Assembly (NCBI GenBank): GCA_965649825.1
Contig: OZ287701.1
Location: 113,101-177,100, forward strand
DNA from: Penicillus capitatus
Lineage: Eukaryota; Plantae; Chlorophyta
Direction: 5' to 3'
Length of the DNA: 64,000 nucleotides
This document shows, in pieces, positions 33,921 to 45,213 of this stretch. The notes under the pieces were generated by a model. The model had not been told where the DNA came from and searched no databases. It saw only the letters and a list, made by a program, of their open reading frames with translations. Position 1 is the stretch's first letter; every line of letters begins with the position of its first letter. Position numbers and translations under genes: made by a program.

Positions 33921-36900
33921 TTAGACTATTCTGTGCGATGATGCTCGTCCTCCATCTGAACCGACTTTTGGCAGCGGCAGGAAGGTGGCTGGTACAGGAG
34001 GCCTGACCATGCCTGCCAGAAAACGCAGCTCCTGCATCTCATAGGCTGTCAAATCATCCAGCCGAGCAGGCGATTGGCGTAGTTCATTCAGGATGCCATC
34101 CACAATGTCACCGTAGAAGAGCTGCAGTCGTGCCAGCGCTTTGAGGACGTAGAGCAACTGAAGGCTGCGCATGGACTGAAGTCGCTCTTTCTTTCGCATC
34201 TGCTCACTGAGTCCAGCAAACTGACAGGGATCCGCAATCTGCCACTCGGCAAAACTCTGCATCAACCGAACGAGATGTCTGTTGGAGTAGCCCTCGCATC
34301 TGGAATTCTTGACCACTTCCGACAGCAGAGGCATGACAGCAGCCTCCGCTTTGTGACGCAGATACGCCAGACCGTACACCAGATTACAGAGATCGGTATC
34401 GCTGGCATCCTGGAGACGCTCTGTCGTCAACTGCTCGCACAGAAGCGCCAACACAGATCGATCCCCATGCTTCATGCGGCCCATGACATAGGCAATCACA
34501 CCGACCTCCCACATTCCATAGTGATCCAAATTGGCCTCGTTGGAGACCTGCTGCATCAGGAGGTCGACATAGGGACGCTTCCAGCAGTTGAGCAGCGCGA
34601 GGTTGAGCAGAATGCAGGCAGTGTTGACAGACGAGAGTGTGACCTTTGGATGGAGGAAGGCATTGAGAAGAGTACCGGCGATCAGTTCATTCTTGTGCTT
34701 GCCAATGGACAGCCCTTTCAGGATCTTGACAACGTGATGCTCGCGGTAACGTCCAAGTCGCTCCGGTTTCATCATCTCTTCCACAAACGCATCGAATGCC
34801 GTTCGATGGAGTGTCTGGAGAAGAGCGAGATTATAGAAGATGCCAGTGATCTGCTGTGCGTTGTAGATCTTGAGTCGAGGCAGCCGTGAGCATTCAACGG
34901 CCAGACTGTAGAGCAGAGGGCGATTCTGGTTGCGTTCGGTTCTGTTCAGGGCAGACAGCGAAAAGTGTAACGCTGTGCCGGAGAGATTCGAAAACGACCC
35001 CAGGAGGATCACTCTTTCCAGCAGCTCCTCGACCAGCGTGGCCGGGATGGAGGTCTGCGGTATCGTGGAGAGATTGGCGATGGCTGTGATGCACTCCGAA
35101 AGCTCATCGGTGCGAAAGCCATCCAGTCGTGCATTCGTCAGGGCCTCTCCCAATCGCGTCTCGATCTTCTCCATCTTCTCGCTTCCCTCCATCGTTTCCA
35201 GACAGTGCAGAAAATCCAAGAACGAGCGATTCGGCAGCGTATCCATCTTTTCCAAGCACTGGAGCAGACACTCCTTGATCTTGCTAGGGATGGGATGACG
35301 CAGATCGACAAACGCCTTGACGATGCGTACCAGATCCGCCGTATGGTACGTCGCACATCGTCTCTCTTTCTGAATCTCCTCCAAAAGCGCCGGAAATCGA
35401 TCGCCAATAGGCGGCTGCAGTTTTCCCAGGGCACACAACGCCATACCCATTTCGTTATTGCTATACCCTTGCAGTCTCTTATCACTGAACACCTCCTCGA
35501 CGACAGCCATGATGTGCGCCGGATCTCCATGATACATATCCAACGAGAGCCCAAAGAGAAACAACACCAATGTGTGATTCGTAAACTCTGATAGGGACTC
35601 CGTTGCCTTCTCGAGCAAGTAGAGCACGACGGTGTCATGTCGGAAGGCGATCTGTGCCAGACTGAACATGATGTTCGTGATCTGAGGCGGGGTGAGATCG
35701 CGTGGCTTCTCTCTGTCTCGGATCAGGGCGTTGCATAGGGCGCAGACAAACGTTTTGTTTCTGTACTTTAGGCTGCCGACGGCGAAGAAGCAATTGGACA
35801 ATCCCATTCGTCTCAGAGTGATGATCGCTCCCGGCTCTTGCATCAAATGCGTTGCGATTTTGTCCAGAAGCTCCTGGTTGTGGTAACGCACGAGGCCCAT
35901 GGAGTAAAGCATACAGGTCCAGTCGAAAACGGTGAATCTCGATGGGTCTGTACGCAGCAGGTACGTCGCTGCGTTGGTCCAGAACGCATGATTCGTGATT
36001 CCAAAGTAGCCGAGACCGACGAGGGTCGATCGAATCGCCGTCGGATGCATCAGAGACAGAACGTGCTCATCAAACAAGATGCGAAACAGAGGCATCAGTT
36101 CTCGCGCATGTCTGACTCTGTCTTTCGTTTCGCTGAGGCATCGTAAGTAGATGGCCAGGAGACGGGGAGGGCAGTCATCGTGCCGTTCGGGATTGAGCAT
36201 TTCACGGGCGATACGTGGGGCTTCGTTCCACAGATCGACGCCGCCCTGCGTCAAGGCGAATGAAACATTGGCCAGTTCCCAATTGGTAAAGCGCTTCAGA
36301 TGGATGTCCTTTTCGGCCTCTTCGCCCAACTGCCGATACATGTTCCCATCCGTGATGCCCAGAATCGACATTGACAGGGACAACGCCGACAGATCATGTT
36401 CATTCATCTCGTTCAATCGCCGGAAGCTCTCGCGGAAGAGCACCTTCAAAAGAGTCGATTCCTGCGCAAACGCCTCGCCATTCGCGCTGAGGAGATTTCG
36501 CGTTTTGCCCACACGATGAATACGCGCCACCGAATGCAAGACATTCATCAGATGACGTGGAAGGAATCGGATGAGAAATGCGGCATCTCCTGTGGGTCCC
36601 AGCGCCTTTTCGGCCAGTCTTGCCTTGAGTGTGGGATGCAAGAGACTCAATCGCGCCACCGCTGTCCACACCGTTGCATAACCGACGTCATCCAAATCGT
36701 CCATGACATCGATTGTCCTCTGCACCAACTCCTCAAACGCCGATCGCGATGCGCTGTACCCGTCTGGCGTCGTCTTCAACGCATGCCACGTCATTTGCAC
36801 GAACATGGCGTCGGCTGGGGAGCTCGAGACGATACGATGGATATCACGCCAGCTTGTGGATTTGTAGAGCATCTGGTAGTACTTCATCAACTGAGGGTCG

Positions 36901-37049
36901 TCGGATGCATCGACCATTCGCTCGTGCTTCTGCGGCGCGCCATCTCGCAGGACGATCTCGCTGTAGCCCACAGGCTCATCTGTGACAGACCGTGAAGTGA
37001 AGCAACGCATCCATGACTGTCGGTAACGCCAAATGAGACGGGGGATCAT
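33921..37049 (-). CDS. organelle-targeted OPR/FAST-like helical-repeat protein 2, intronless
   Basis: 1080-codon ORF; probable start MIPRLIWRYRQSWMRCFTS (mitochondrial-like presequence); repeats such as FTNWELANVSFAL, LTPPQITNIMFSLAQI, YNAQQITGIFYNLALL. Confidence 0.85.
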   Translation of the reverse strand: MIPRLIWRYRQSWMRCFTSRSVTDEPVGYSEIVLRDGAPQKHERMVDASDDPQLMKYYQMLYKSTSWRDIHRIVSSSPADAMFVQMTWHALKTTPDGYSASRSAFEELVQRTIDVMDDLDDVGYATVWTAVARLSLLHPTLKARLAEKALGPTGDAAFLIRFLPRHLMNVLHSVARIHRVGKTRNLLSANGEAFAQESTLLKVLFRESFRRLNEMNEHDLSALSLSMSILGITDGNMYRQLGEEAEKDIHLKRFTNWELANVSFALTQGGVDLWNEAPRIAREMLNPERHDDCPPRLLAIYLRCLSETKDRVRHARELMPLFRILFDEHVLSLMHPTAIRSTLVGLGYFGITNHAFWTNAATYLLRTDPSRFTVFDWTCMLYSMGLVRYHNQELLDKIATHLMQEPGAIITLRRMGLSNCFFAVGSLKYRNKTFVCALCNALIRDREKPRDLTPPQITNIMFSLAQIAFRHDTVVLYLLEKATESLSEFTNHTLVLFLFGLSLDMYHGDPAHIMAVVEEVFSDKRLQGYSNNEMGMALCALGKLQPPIGDRFPALLEEIQKERRCATYHTADLVRIVKAFVDLRHPIPSKIKECLLQCLEKMDTLPNRSFLDFLHCLETMEGSEKMEKIETRLGEALTNARLDGFRTDELSECITAIANLSTIPQTSIPATLVEELLERVILLGSFSNLSGTALHFSLSALNRTERNQNRPLLYSLAVECSRLPRLKIYNAQQITGIFYNLALLQTLHRTAFDAFVEEMMKPERLGRYREHHVVKILKGLSIGKHKNELIAGTLLNAFLHPKVTLSSVNTACILLNLALLNCWKRPYVDLLMQQVSNEANLDHYGMWEVGVIAYVMGRMKHGDRSVLALLCEQLTTERLQDASDTDLCNLVYGLAYLRHKAEAAVMPLLSEVVKNSRCEGYSNRHLVRLMQSFAEWQIADPCQFAGLSEQMRKKERLQSMRSLQLLYVLKALARLQLFYGDIVDGILNELRQSPARLDDLTAYEMQELRFLAGMVRPPVPATFLPLPKVGSDGGRASSHRIV

Positions 37050-37078
37050 CGCCGAACGATGATGATCATCGCGTCGAG

Positions 37079-39118
37079 ATGATGATGCTACGTGAGTCCC
37101 TCTCTGCCTCCGTCGTTGCGACGAGGGGCTCGTCGCGTTGCGAGACTGTACCCTTTCGGTCATGCGTCCCGCGGCGGCGTATGGGGGGACGGCGTACCTG
37201 GCAGCAACGCATGGGTCCAGTCGATGCGAAACGCCATGTGGCGATCTGCCAGGCGGTGGCGAGACCGACGCGTGCGGGTCACGATTACGATGTGATCATC
37301 ATCGGCTGTGGCGTTGGAGGACACGGGGCGGCACTCCATGCCGTGGAGCAGGTGCAGCAATGGATGCATGTCTGTGGTCGATTGTATGTTCGTGCGTCAG
37401 GGGCTGAAGACAGCAGTGATTGAAGGACACGATATCGGAGGGACATGTGTCAACCGAGGCTGCGTTCCATCCAAGGCACTGCTCGCCGCATCCGGTCGGA
37501 TTCGGGATCTCAAAAACGAAATGCATCTCAAGTCCCTCGGCATCCAGGTGACATCCGAGCGTCCGGCAGAATACGGGAAGAGCGTGTAAGGGGGAATGCG
37601 GGTTTTAGGTCGGAGACGTGCAGTTCGATCGACAGGGCATTGCAGATCACGCCGAGAATTTGGCCAATACGATCCAGGGCAATCTGAAACGATCGTTGGA
37701 GGCATTGGGCGTCGATATCTTGAACGGCAATGCTCGATTCGTCGGGAAGAATCGATTGAGCTATGGACTGCCTGGTCGAGTGGATGTGGGAGGCGAAGTG
37801 ACAGCCGGCGACATCATCATCGCCACCGGTTCCGTTCCCTTTGTCCCGCCAGGTCACACATCTTATGTGTGAGAATACTATGACGGCGGACAGGTCGCAG
37901 GTATTCCGATCGATGGCAAGACCGTCTTCACGTCAGACCATGCTCTCAAACTCGATTGGCTGCCACCGTGGATTGCCATCATCGGCAGCGGCTACATCGG
38001 CCTCGAATTCTCCGACGTCTATACCGCCCTCGGCAGCGAAGTGACGTTTGTGGAGGTTCACTCTTTTGCTCTCTGTCTTTTGTGTGACCGACTGACCCTA
38101 CTGTCAAGGCATTGGATAAATTGATGCCTGGGTTTGACGGAGAGATCGCCAAGACGGCACAGCGACTGCTGATCAATCCTCGGTCGATTGACTATCATAC
38201 AGGTGTCTTGGCCACCAAGGTCACACCTGGCGTCCCAGGCAACGCGATTCTCACTCTTTTCCGTCAACGGACAGTGTGTTGGATACAGACGTCAAGCCGG
38301 TGTTGATCGAACTGACCGATTTCCATTCCAAAGAGAAAGTCGACATTCTGGAAGTCGATGCCTGTCTGGTGGCCACGGGAAGGGCACCGTATACGAATGG
38401 ACTCAATTTGGAGGCGGTCGGTGTGGAGACCGATCGTCGGGGGTTTGTCCCAGTGAACGAAAAAATGAATGTCCTCGATGTCGACGGAAAGCCCGTTCCG
38501 CATGTTTACTGTATCGGCGACGCCAACGGAAAATACATGCTCGCCCACGCCGCCAGCGCCCAGGTCACACATCTCGATCTCTCTACTAGGCAGTCACACG
38601 TGTGACGTACAGGGTATCTCGGCCGTGGAGAATATTGTCGGCCGACCGCACGTGCTGAACCATCTCTCCGTCCCGGCTGCCTGTTTCACGCATCCCGAGA
38701 TCTCTTTCGTGGGACTGACCGGAGAGCAGGCCAAAGAGAAATCAAAGGCCGAGGGTTTCCCTCTGGGCGTCGCAAAGACGTTCTTCCGGGCCAATACCAA
38801 AGTCTCATACTTAAGCATCGATCTCACACGTGTGACCACAGGCGTGTCGTCTAGGCATTGGCTGAGAAGGAAGGCGAAGGAATGGCCAAGATTATCTACC
38901 GAAAAGACACCGGAGAGATTCTGGGCGTCCATATCATTGGCCTGCACGCCGCCGATCTCATTCACGAAGCGTCCAATGCACTGGCGACGGGACAGAACGT
39001 CGAAGACATCCGATTCAATGTCCACGCACATCCGACGCTGTCCGAAGTCCTCGACGAGTTGTTCAAGCAATGCCATCTGAAAAAGATCGATGCCAAACAG
39101 CCAGTGATGTCAAAGTAG
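37079..39118 (+). CDS. LPD: dihydrolipoamide dehydrogenase (plastid/cyanobacterial-type E3)
   Basis: [68 protein letters not shown]; seven introns including one GC-AG. Confidence 0.95.
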
Positions 39119-39152
39119 ACCGATCGAGATCGGTGCGATTTTGGAAGGGTGC

Positions 39153-40289
39153 TTAAGTGGCCATGACAGAGAACAGTCCTACGGAGCCATCTTCACAGGC
39201 CGATGCGACTTTGGCACCGTCCGGGCGAAACTGCGCACACCAGATGGCATCTTTGTGGTCTTCGATGGACTGCAGCCGCTCTTTGGACGTCACATCCCAG
39301 AGATAGATGCGCCCGTGGGCAGTGCAGGATACGAAGTGTTGGCCGTCTGGGTGAAAAGACAGGTCAAGAAACATGGAAGGATCTTCATACGGTCCGGCAT
39401 CTTTGACAACGCGACTGTCGATCGACGCCATCACGGAACCGGACGTCACATCATACAGCGTCACACAGGCAGCATCTGATCCCGTTGCCAGAATCTCGGA
39501 ATCTAGGACAACGAACTGTCTTTTCATGCATACATCCAAGAGGGTGCATCACTCGGTGAAAAGACAGCTGTGCGTACAGGAGAGAGGTTATCCTTTAGGG
39601 TGTGCACGGCGGTTCCTGTCTCCACATCGAATACCACGACCAGGCCATTGTCACAGGTTCCGACGATGCGACGGCCGTCTGGGCTGAAACGACTGGCCAG
39701 GACAAAACTGTGACGCGGATGGCGTTGGGTCTCTTCCCGTACCTACGACATCCGCCACTGCGCACCCGTCACATCACATCATGATGTGACCTGCGGTAGT
39801 TTCAGCGTCATCTGTTTCTTGGTCTCTTCGCCAAGCGTATAGATAGAGATGGACGATGTCATTCCTCCAGCAACGGCCAAAATCACTTTCTCCGACAGCG
39901 GTGCGAAATCGATGCCCCAGTTCTCCGGGGCGGCTGCCTGAAAATGATGCAGCTTCTTTGTGGGATCCTGAATGTCCCAGACACGCACGCCGCCATCCAA
40001 GCAACTGGATGCTGCATAACGACCTTCTCGATGCACCGCTAAGTACACCGTACCCAATCCATGCGCTGTCCATCACACATAACCAAAGAGTGAGATCACG
40101 AGCATCGGGCGCCTCTGCCTTACAGACAAAGGTGTGCTTCTTGGTCAGGGTCCCTTTGCCATCGACTGCCCAGAGAACCACACTTTCATCGAGGGATCCC
40201 GTAAGGAGAGAGTGATCCGGACACCACGCCAAGGACCAGACGCTGCTCTCGTGGGCCTTGTCCAATATCTCCTCGCGCTGCAGTCGCAT
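39153..40289 (-). CDS. WDR61: WD40-repeat protein WDR61/SKI8/VIP3-like
   Basis: AHESSVWSLAW, TGSLDESV, HGLGTVYLAVHREGRYAASSCLDGGVRVWD, WGIDF, FSPDG, ATGSD; three introns. Confidence 0.85.
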
Positions 40290-40368
40290 ATTGGCGATCC
40301 GCACGTACCAACATCCATCTCGCGCATCTACGGTTCAATCGATCGACCGTTTACAGCGAACGAACGTT

Positions 40369-41790
40369 ATGTCCAGTGTTTTTGCGCTCCATCTCGGCGT
40401 CAAGCCACTCGTAAGGCGTCGCCTGGTGAAGCAGAGACGTCGCATCATGGCGTCGGCATCGACGACAGAACGCACGGGGACGACGCGCGTCGAACGCAAT
40501 CCTAACTTTGGCAAGCTTAAGGCTGGGTATCTCTTTCCCGAGATCCGTCGTCGACGTCAGGAACACCAAGAGCGCCACCCAGATGCGAAGGTCATCTCGC
40601 TCGGGGTGGGCGATACCACAGAGCCCATACCGCCATATATCGCCAGTGCTATGGCGGCGGCGGCGGAAGGCCTGGCGACACGCGAAGGTTACAGTGGGTA
40701 CGGTGCTGAACAGGGACGTCCTGATCTGAGGGAAGCGATTGCGAATGTCTTCTATCCGAATCTCCGCAGCGCCGATGAGATTTTTGTATCGGATGGATCA
40801 AAGTGTGATATTGGACGTCTACAAGTGATGCTCGGAGGCAATCGCAGTGTCGCCGTTCAGGATCCATCCTATCCAGTCTACGTCGACACCTCCGTCATGA
40901 CCGGATCGACGGGCGGCTATCACAACGATCAGCAACGGTTCGAGGGCATCGAGTATTTGTTGTGCACAGCGGAGAACGGATTTTTTCCCGATCTGAACAA
41001 AGTGTGAGAAATCTTGCGAGATTTAATGCGAAAGAGTGAGATGTAGATTCGCCCGACGGATATCGTGTTTTTCTGCTCGCCCAACAATCCGACGGGAGCA
41101 GCGGCGACGCGGGAGCAGCTGGAGCAGTTGGTGGGTCATTGCAAGAAACATGGGTCATTGCTGGTGTACGATGCAGCCTACGCCCTCTACATTCAAAATC
41201 CAGAATGTCCCAAAACAATCTACGAGATTGCGGGCGCTGAGGACGTGGCCATCGAAACGAATTCCTTCTCCAAGTACGCTGGATTCACTGGCGTGCGGCT
41301 GGGTTGGACAGTGGTGCCCAAAGCAATGACATTCGCCGATGGCACTTCAGTCCATCGAGATTTCACACGTGTGGCCACGACATGCTTCAACGGCGCATCC
41401 AACATTGCCCAGGCAGGCGGTCTGGCTGCTCTCAAAGTAAAAGAGTGACTAAAAGTGTAAAAGTGTGAGAGATGTGTGTAGCCGGAAGGATTTCAATCGA
41501 TGATGAACATGGTGCAGTTCTACAAAGAGAACGCCGCCCTCTTGCATCGGACGTTCGTCGATTTGGGCTTCTCCGTTTACGGAGGCACCGATGCGCCCTA
41601 CATCTGGGTCGGCTTTCCCGGACAGAAGTCATGGGACGTCTTTGCCGAGATCCTCGAGAAATGTCACATTGTGACGACGCCTGGGAGTGGCTTCGGTCCA
41701 GGAGGCGAAGGCTTTGTGCGGGTCAGTGCCTTTGGCAGTCGAGAAAACGTCGAAGAGGCCATCTCTCGCTTCAAAAACGTCTTCAAATGA
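40369..41790 (+). CDS. dapL: LL-diaminopimelate aminotransferase, plastid
   Basis: [76 protein letters not shown]. Confidence 0.96.
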
Positions 41791-41819
41791 TAGATAATGC
41801 ACCATAGACGCCGAGAGTT

Positions 41820-44800
41820 ATGCTTTTGCGACGATGCTATTTACCGCCACGTCTACTGCGCGCCGCGACGACGCCTCTGCGATGCCCCTCTGACGCAACG
41901 CCACACGCGAGCAGTCCTATCGATGCACCACCTCCTGTACTCAACCCACTCCTTCCGCCTTCCTATCATCGATGGGGTTCGTGCTGGACGATCTGGAGGA
42001 TGCCGTTGGGATATCGAGGCTTCGGCGTGTTTCCTTCTGCGAATGAGAGTGGCGAGCCGCCGCCGCCGCCGCCAGAGGAGCTGGGCAGAAGCTGGGAAGA
42101 TGTTCAATCGCTGCTATCAACCTGGAAGCAACAGAAGCCGATGATGGGCACCGTATCTGCCCTCTTTCAGTCAATGCCTTCTCTTGGACCTATACCCGAG
42201 AATATGGATCTCACTCCTCTCACACAATCCGTTTTGGAACTGCTGCCGCATTTGGATCCGCAGACGTTGTCCATGATATACTACTGGAGCTGCAAGTTCG
42301 GCCTCAACGATCTCGGTTTCATTCAGGACGTCAGTCGACAGATTCTCCAGATCCCGAACCTAACAGACGTCCAGCCAAAACACCTGGTGCTCATGATCTA
42401 CAGCTGTGGTTGGCTGGTTCGTCACGAAAAACGCCAAGGCACGTCGATACGCTACCCTGGGATGGCCGCCTTCGTCGATCACGTGGCACGGGCGCTGACA
42501 TCGCCCACTGTCGTCGTCCAGCTAACAGAGCAGGATCTGTCGAACAGTATCTACAGCTTGGGACTGCTCAACTATTCCGAAAACGAAGTCATCTATCCTT
42601 TGCTGAGTCGTATCGAACGGCCAACAGTGCTGCCGCGATTTCTGGAGCAGGAACTGGCCAATATGTTAGCAGGAATGTCATCGCTGGGCCTCAAAGGACA
42701 TCCAGCAGTGGCGGCTCTGTCATTGGAAGTGGTCGAACGCGAGCGACTGCGAATGTACAAGGAACCTGAGCTCTGCAGTCTCTTCCACAGTTTTGCCACA
42801 CTGGACTACCGAAACCCCCGAACGCTCGACATTCTGCTAAGGGAGACGGTGCGCTCGGGACGTATGACTGTCTACAAAGAGACCCAGCTGGCAAATCTGC
42901 TCTACTCTCTGGATCGACTCGACGTTCAGGATCCGCGCGCCTGGAGGATGCTATTGAGTGAGGTCACACTTCCGGAACGCCTGCCAAAATTCGAATCGTA
43001 TCAGTTGGCGAACATCATGTATGCCTTTGGCCGATGTGACTATCGCGATGCTCAGGCCATGCATCGACTGGTGCAGGAAGTGTCCCACGAAGGCAGAATC
43101 GGACAGTACTCTACGAGAGAGTGCTCACTGATTCTGTACGGTATGAGTCAGACGAGGCACAACGATCCATCCGTGCTGTCGATGTTCTCAAAGGAACTGT
43201 CCAAACCGGGACGACTGAAAGAAGCGGGACTGGCGCACAAGACGTTAAGTGGGACGCTGCTATCGTTGGCCAGATTGGGACATCGCGATCCCGATCTCAT
43301 CCAACGGTACTTTATGGAAGTCCTGGTCGGCAGAAACATGGCCGAGATGGATGGCGAGATCCTGGCACAGTACATTTTCTGCCTCGGCAAATTCAAGATC
43401 CCCTTTCGAGGACCGACCGAAGAAGTGGTCGCCGAGATACTGGAAGTTCCGGCGAAGCTAAAGAACCTGTCACATCGTGGACTGGGAATGCTGATCTATG
43501 GACTGGGTCAGATGGGTCATGAGATGACGCCCCATATGAAGCCTCTAACCGCCATACTGCAGGACGGCATTGGCACCGTCGAGCGATTCTCCGTGCAAGA
43601 TCTCGCGATGCTGATCTACAGTTTTGGCCAGATGCGTCTGGACGAGCCGGCATTGGTCGATCGTATACTGGACAGTTTTACTCGGCCGGATCGGCTGATG
43701 AAGACGACGACGCAGCACCTGTCCAATGTGATGTATGGACTGGCGATGCTGCAGCATCGCATCCATAACAGCGCTCTCGAAATACTGGAAGGCGAATTGG
43801 CGCGCGATTCCCGAGTGAAGAGCCTGACCTCTCAGGAACTGGCAAATCTGATCTTCAGCATCGGTATGCTGCAAATCGACGACCGTCCCGGAATCCAACG
43901 CCTCGTGGAGAAGCTCACCGACGAGGCGATTCTCCCAGAGCGTCTGACACAGTTTCGCGAAATGGAGCTGAACTGCGTCTTGACTGGCTTGAGTCATCTG
44001 CGCTACCGTGAGCCGACCATTCTCGTCCCTCTCCTGGAAGAGATCACACATCCTGCTCGACTCAAGCAGCTCAAGGATCAAGAAATCGCCAGCGTGGTCC
44101 ACGTGATGGCGCAGTTGGGCATCTGTCCTGACGAACTGTGTGAGAAGCTGCTGGATGAGGCACAGGCAGCCGAGCGTCTCAATCGTTACGATGCCAATTC
44201 GCTCGTTATGATCATCTACAGTCTTGGCCGACTGCAGAACCAGAACTACGTCGAGACCGTCCGTGCCTTCGCCGAGATTCTGTTGCAGTCGCCGACGGCC
44301 GAGAAGATGGGCGAACAGAATCTGGCGAATTTTCTCTACGGTGTGACGTACACCCGTTGCGACGTTCCGGAGATCGTCGAAAAAATCTTCCACGAGATTA
44401 CCAAGCATCATCGATTGCCTCGATTTCACGGCGGCGAGATTCTGAACATCATGAAATCGATTCTGCAGCTGAAGGCGCGTAACATTCCGATCGAAGGTCT
44501 GGATCACGTTGCCAGGATCTTTGCCATCGAGATGTGTGCCACGAGCCGCATCCCAAACTACTTGCCGTCTCAACACGCACAGGTGCTGCAGATGCTGAGC
44601 GCCTTGCGCAACAAAAACGTCGCTACCGTGTTCCCCATCCTCGAGGAGCTTCACAAAACCGAGAACCTGCATCGGCTCACGGCGCCCGATGTGGCACGGA
44701 TCGTCTTTTCCGTTGGCCCCCTTGCCTTCGTCAATCGCAAACTGCATCCCAAACTGGCCCTGGCGGTGAAGCCCATCCTCAAACAGGCGATCCTCTCCAA

Positions 44801-45182
44801 CGGCCCCAGCGAGATGCACTGCCAAAGCATCACGGAGTTGGTTGTCGGTATGTCGATGTTGGGTCTACAGGATACCTATCTCCTGGACAATATCGCCACG
44901 GAGATTATCAAGCCGACGCGATTGCGCAGCTTCCGTGCCTGGCATCTCAGTCGAATGTTCTATGCCGTTGGCCAGTTACGCTATCGCAATCTCGAATTGC
45001 TCAGGGCGCTGGCGGCGGAGCTGTCGCGATCGGATCGATCTCAGCGACTGGACTACCGTCACTGGTCCAATATCTTATCCGCCGTTCTGATGCTGCGATT
45101 CAAAGACGAGTCCTTTGCCAAAGTGATCGAGAAGCAGATTCATGTTCCAGAAACGACAGAGGCTGTACAATCATCTATGTAA
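41820..45182 (+). CDS. organelle-targeted OPR/FAST-like helical-repeat protein 3 (39-aa repeats), intronless, 1120 aa
   Basis: Single ORF; transit-like N-terminus MLLRRCYLPPRLLRAA; strict 39-aa period (LTEQDLSNSIYSLG / FLEQELANMLAGM / YKEPELCSLF / YKETQLANLLYSL...). Confidence 0.88.
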   Translation: MLLRRCYLPPRLLRAATTPLRCPSDATPHASSPIDAPPPVLNPLLPPSYHRWGSCWTIWRMPLGYRGFGVFPSANESGEPPPPPPEELGRSWEDVQSLLSTWKQQKPMMGTVSALFQSMPSLGPIPENMDLTPLTQSVLELLPHLDPQTLSMIYYWSCKFGLNDLGFIQDVSRQILQIPNLTDVQPKHLVLMIYSCGWLVRHEKRQGTSIRYPGMAAFVDHVARALTSPTVVVQLTEQDLSNSIYSLGLLNYSENEVIYPLLSRIERPTVLPRFLEQELANMLAGMSSLGLKGHPAVAALSLEVVERERLRMYKEPELCSLFHSFATLDYRNPRTLDILLRETVRSGRMTVYKETQLANLLYSLDRLDVQDPRAWRMLLSEVTLPERLPKFESYQLANIMYAFGRCDYRDAQAMHRLVQEVSHEGRIGQYSTRECSLILYGMSQTRHNDPSVLSMFSKELSKPGRLKEAGLAHKTLSGTLLSLARLGHRDPDLIQRYFMEVLVGRNMAEMDGEILAQYIFCLGKFKIPFRGPTEEVVAEILEVPAKLKNLSHRGLGMLIYGLGQMGHEMTPHMKPLTAILQDGIGTVERFSVQDLAMLIYSFGQMRLDEPALVDRILDSFTRPDRLMKTTTQHLSNVMYGLAMLQHRIHNSALEILEGELARDSRVKSLTSQELANLIFSIGMLQIDDRPGIQRLVEKLTDEAILPERLTQFREMELNCVLTGLSHLRYREPTILVPLLEEITHPARLKQLKDQEIASVVHVMAQLGICPDELCEKLLDEAQAAERLNRYDANSLVMIIYSLGRLQNQNYVETVRAFAEILLQSPTAEKMGEQNLANFLYGVTYTRCDVPEIVEKIFHEITKHHRLPRFHGGEILNIMKSILQLKARNIPIEGLDHVARIFAIEMCATSRIPNYLPSQHAQVLQMLSALRNKNVATVFPILEELHKTENLHRLTAPDVARIVFSVGPLAFVNRKLHPKLALAVKPILKQAILSNGPSEMHCQSITELVVGMSMLGLQDTYLLDNIATEIIKPTRLRSFRAWHLSRMFYAVGQLRYRNLELLRALAAELSRSDRSQRLDYRHWSNILSAVLMLRFKDESFAKVIEKQIHVPETTEAVQSSM

Positions 45183-45213
45183 TGCATGCATTTTGGAGTT
45201 AACGAAATTGGCC

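Noticed and set aside
39540-39600. Apparent frameshift or non-canonical intron in WDR61
   Set aside because: Re-reading gives a normal GT-AG phase-1 intron (PVRTAVFSP|NSEIL).
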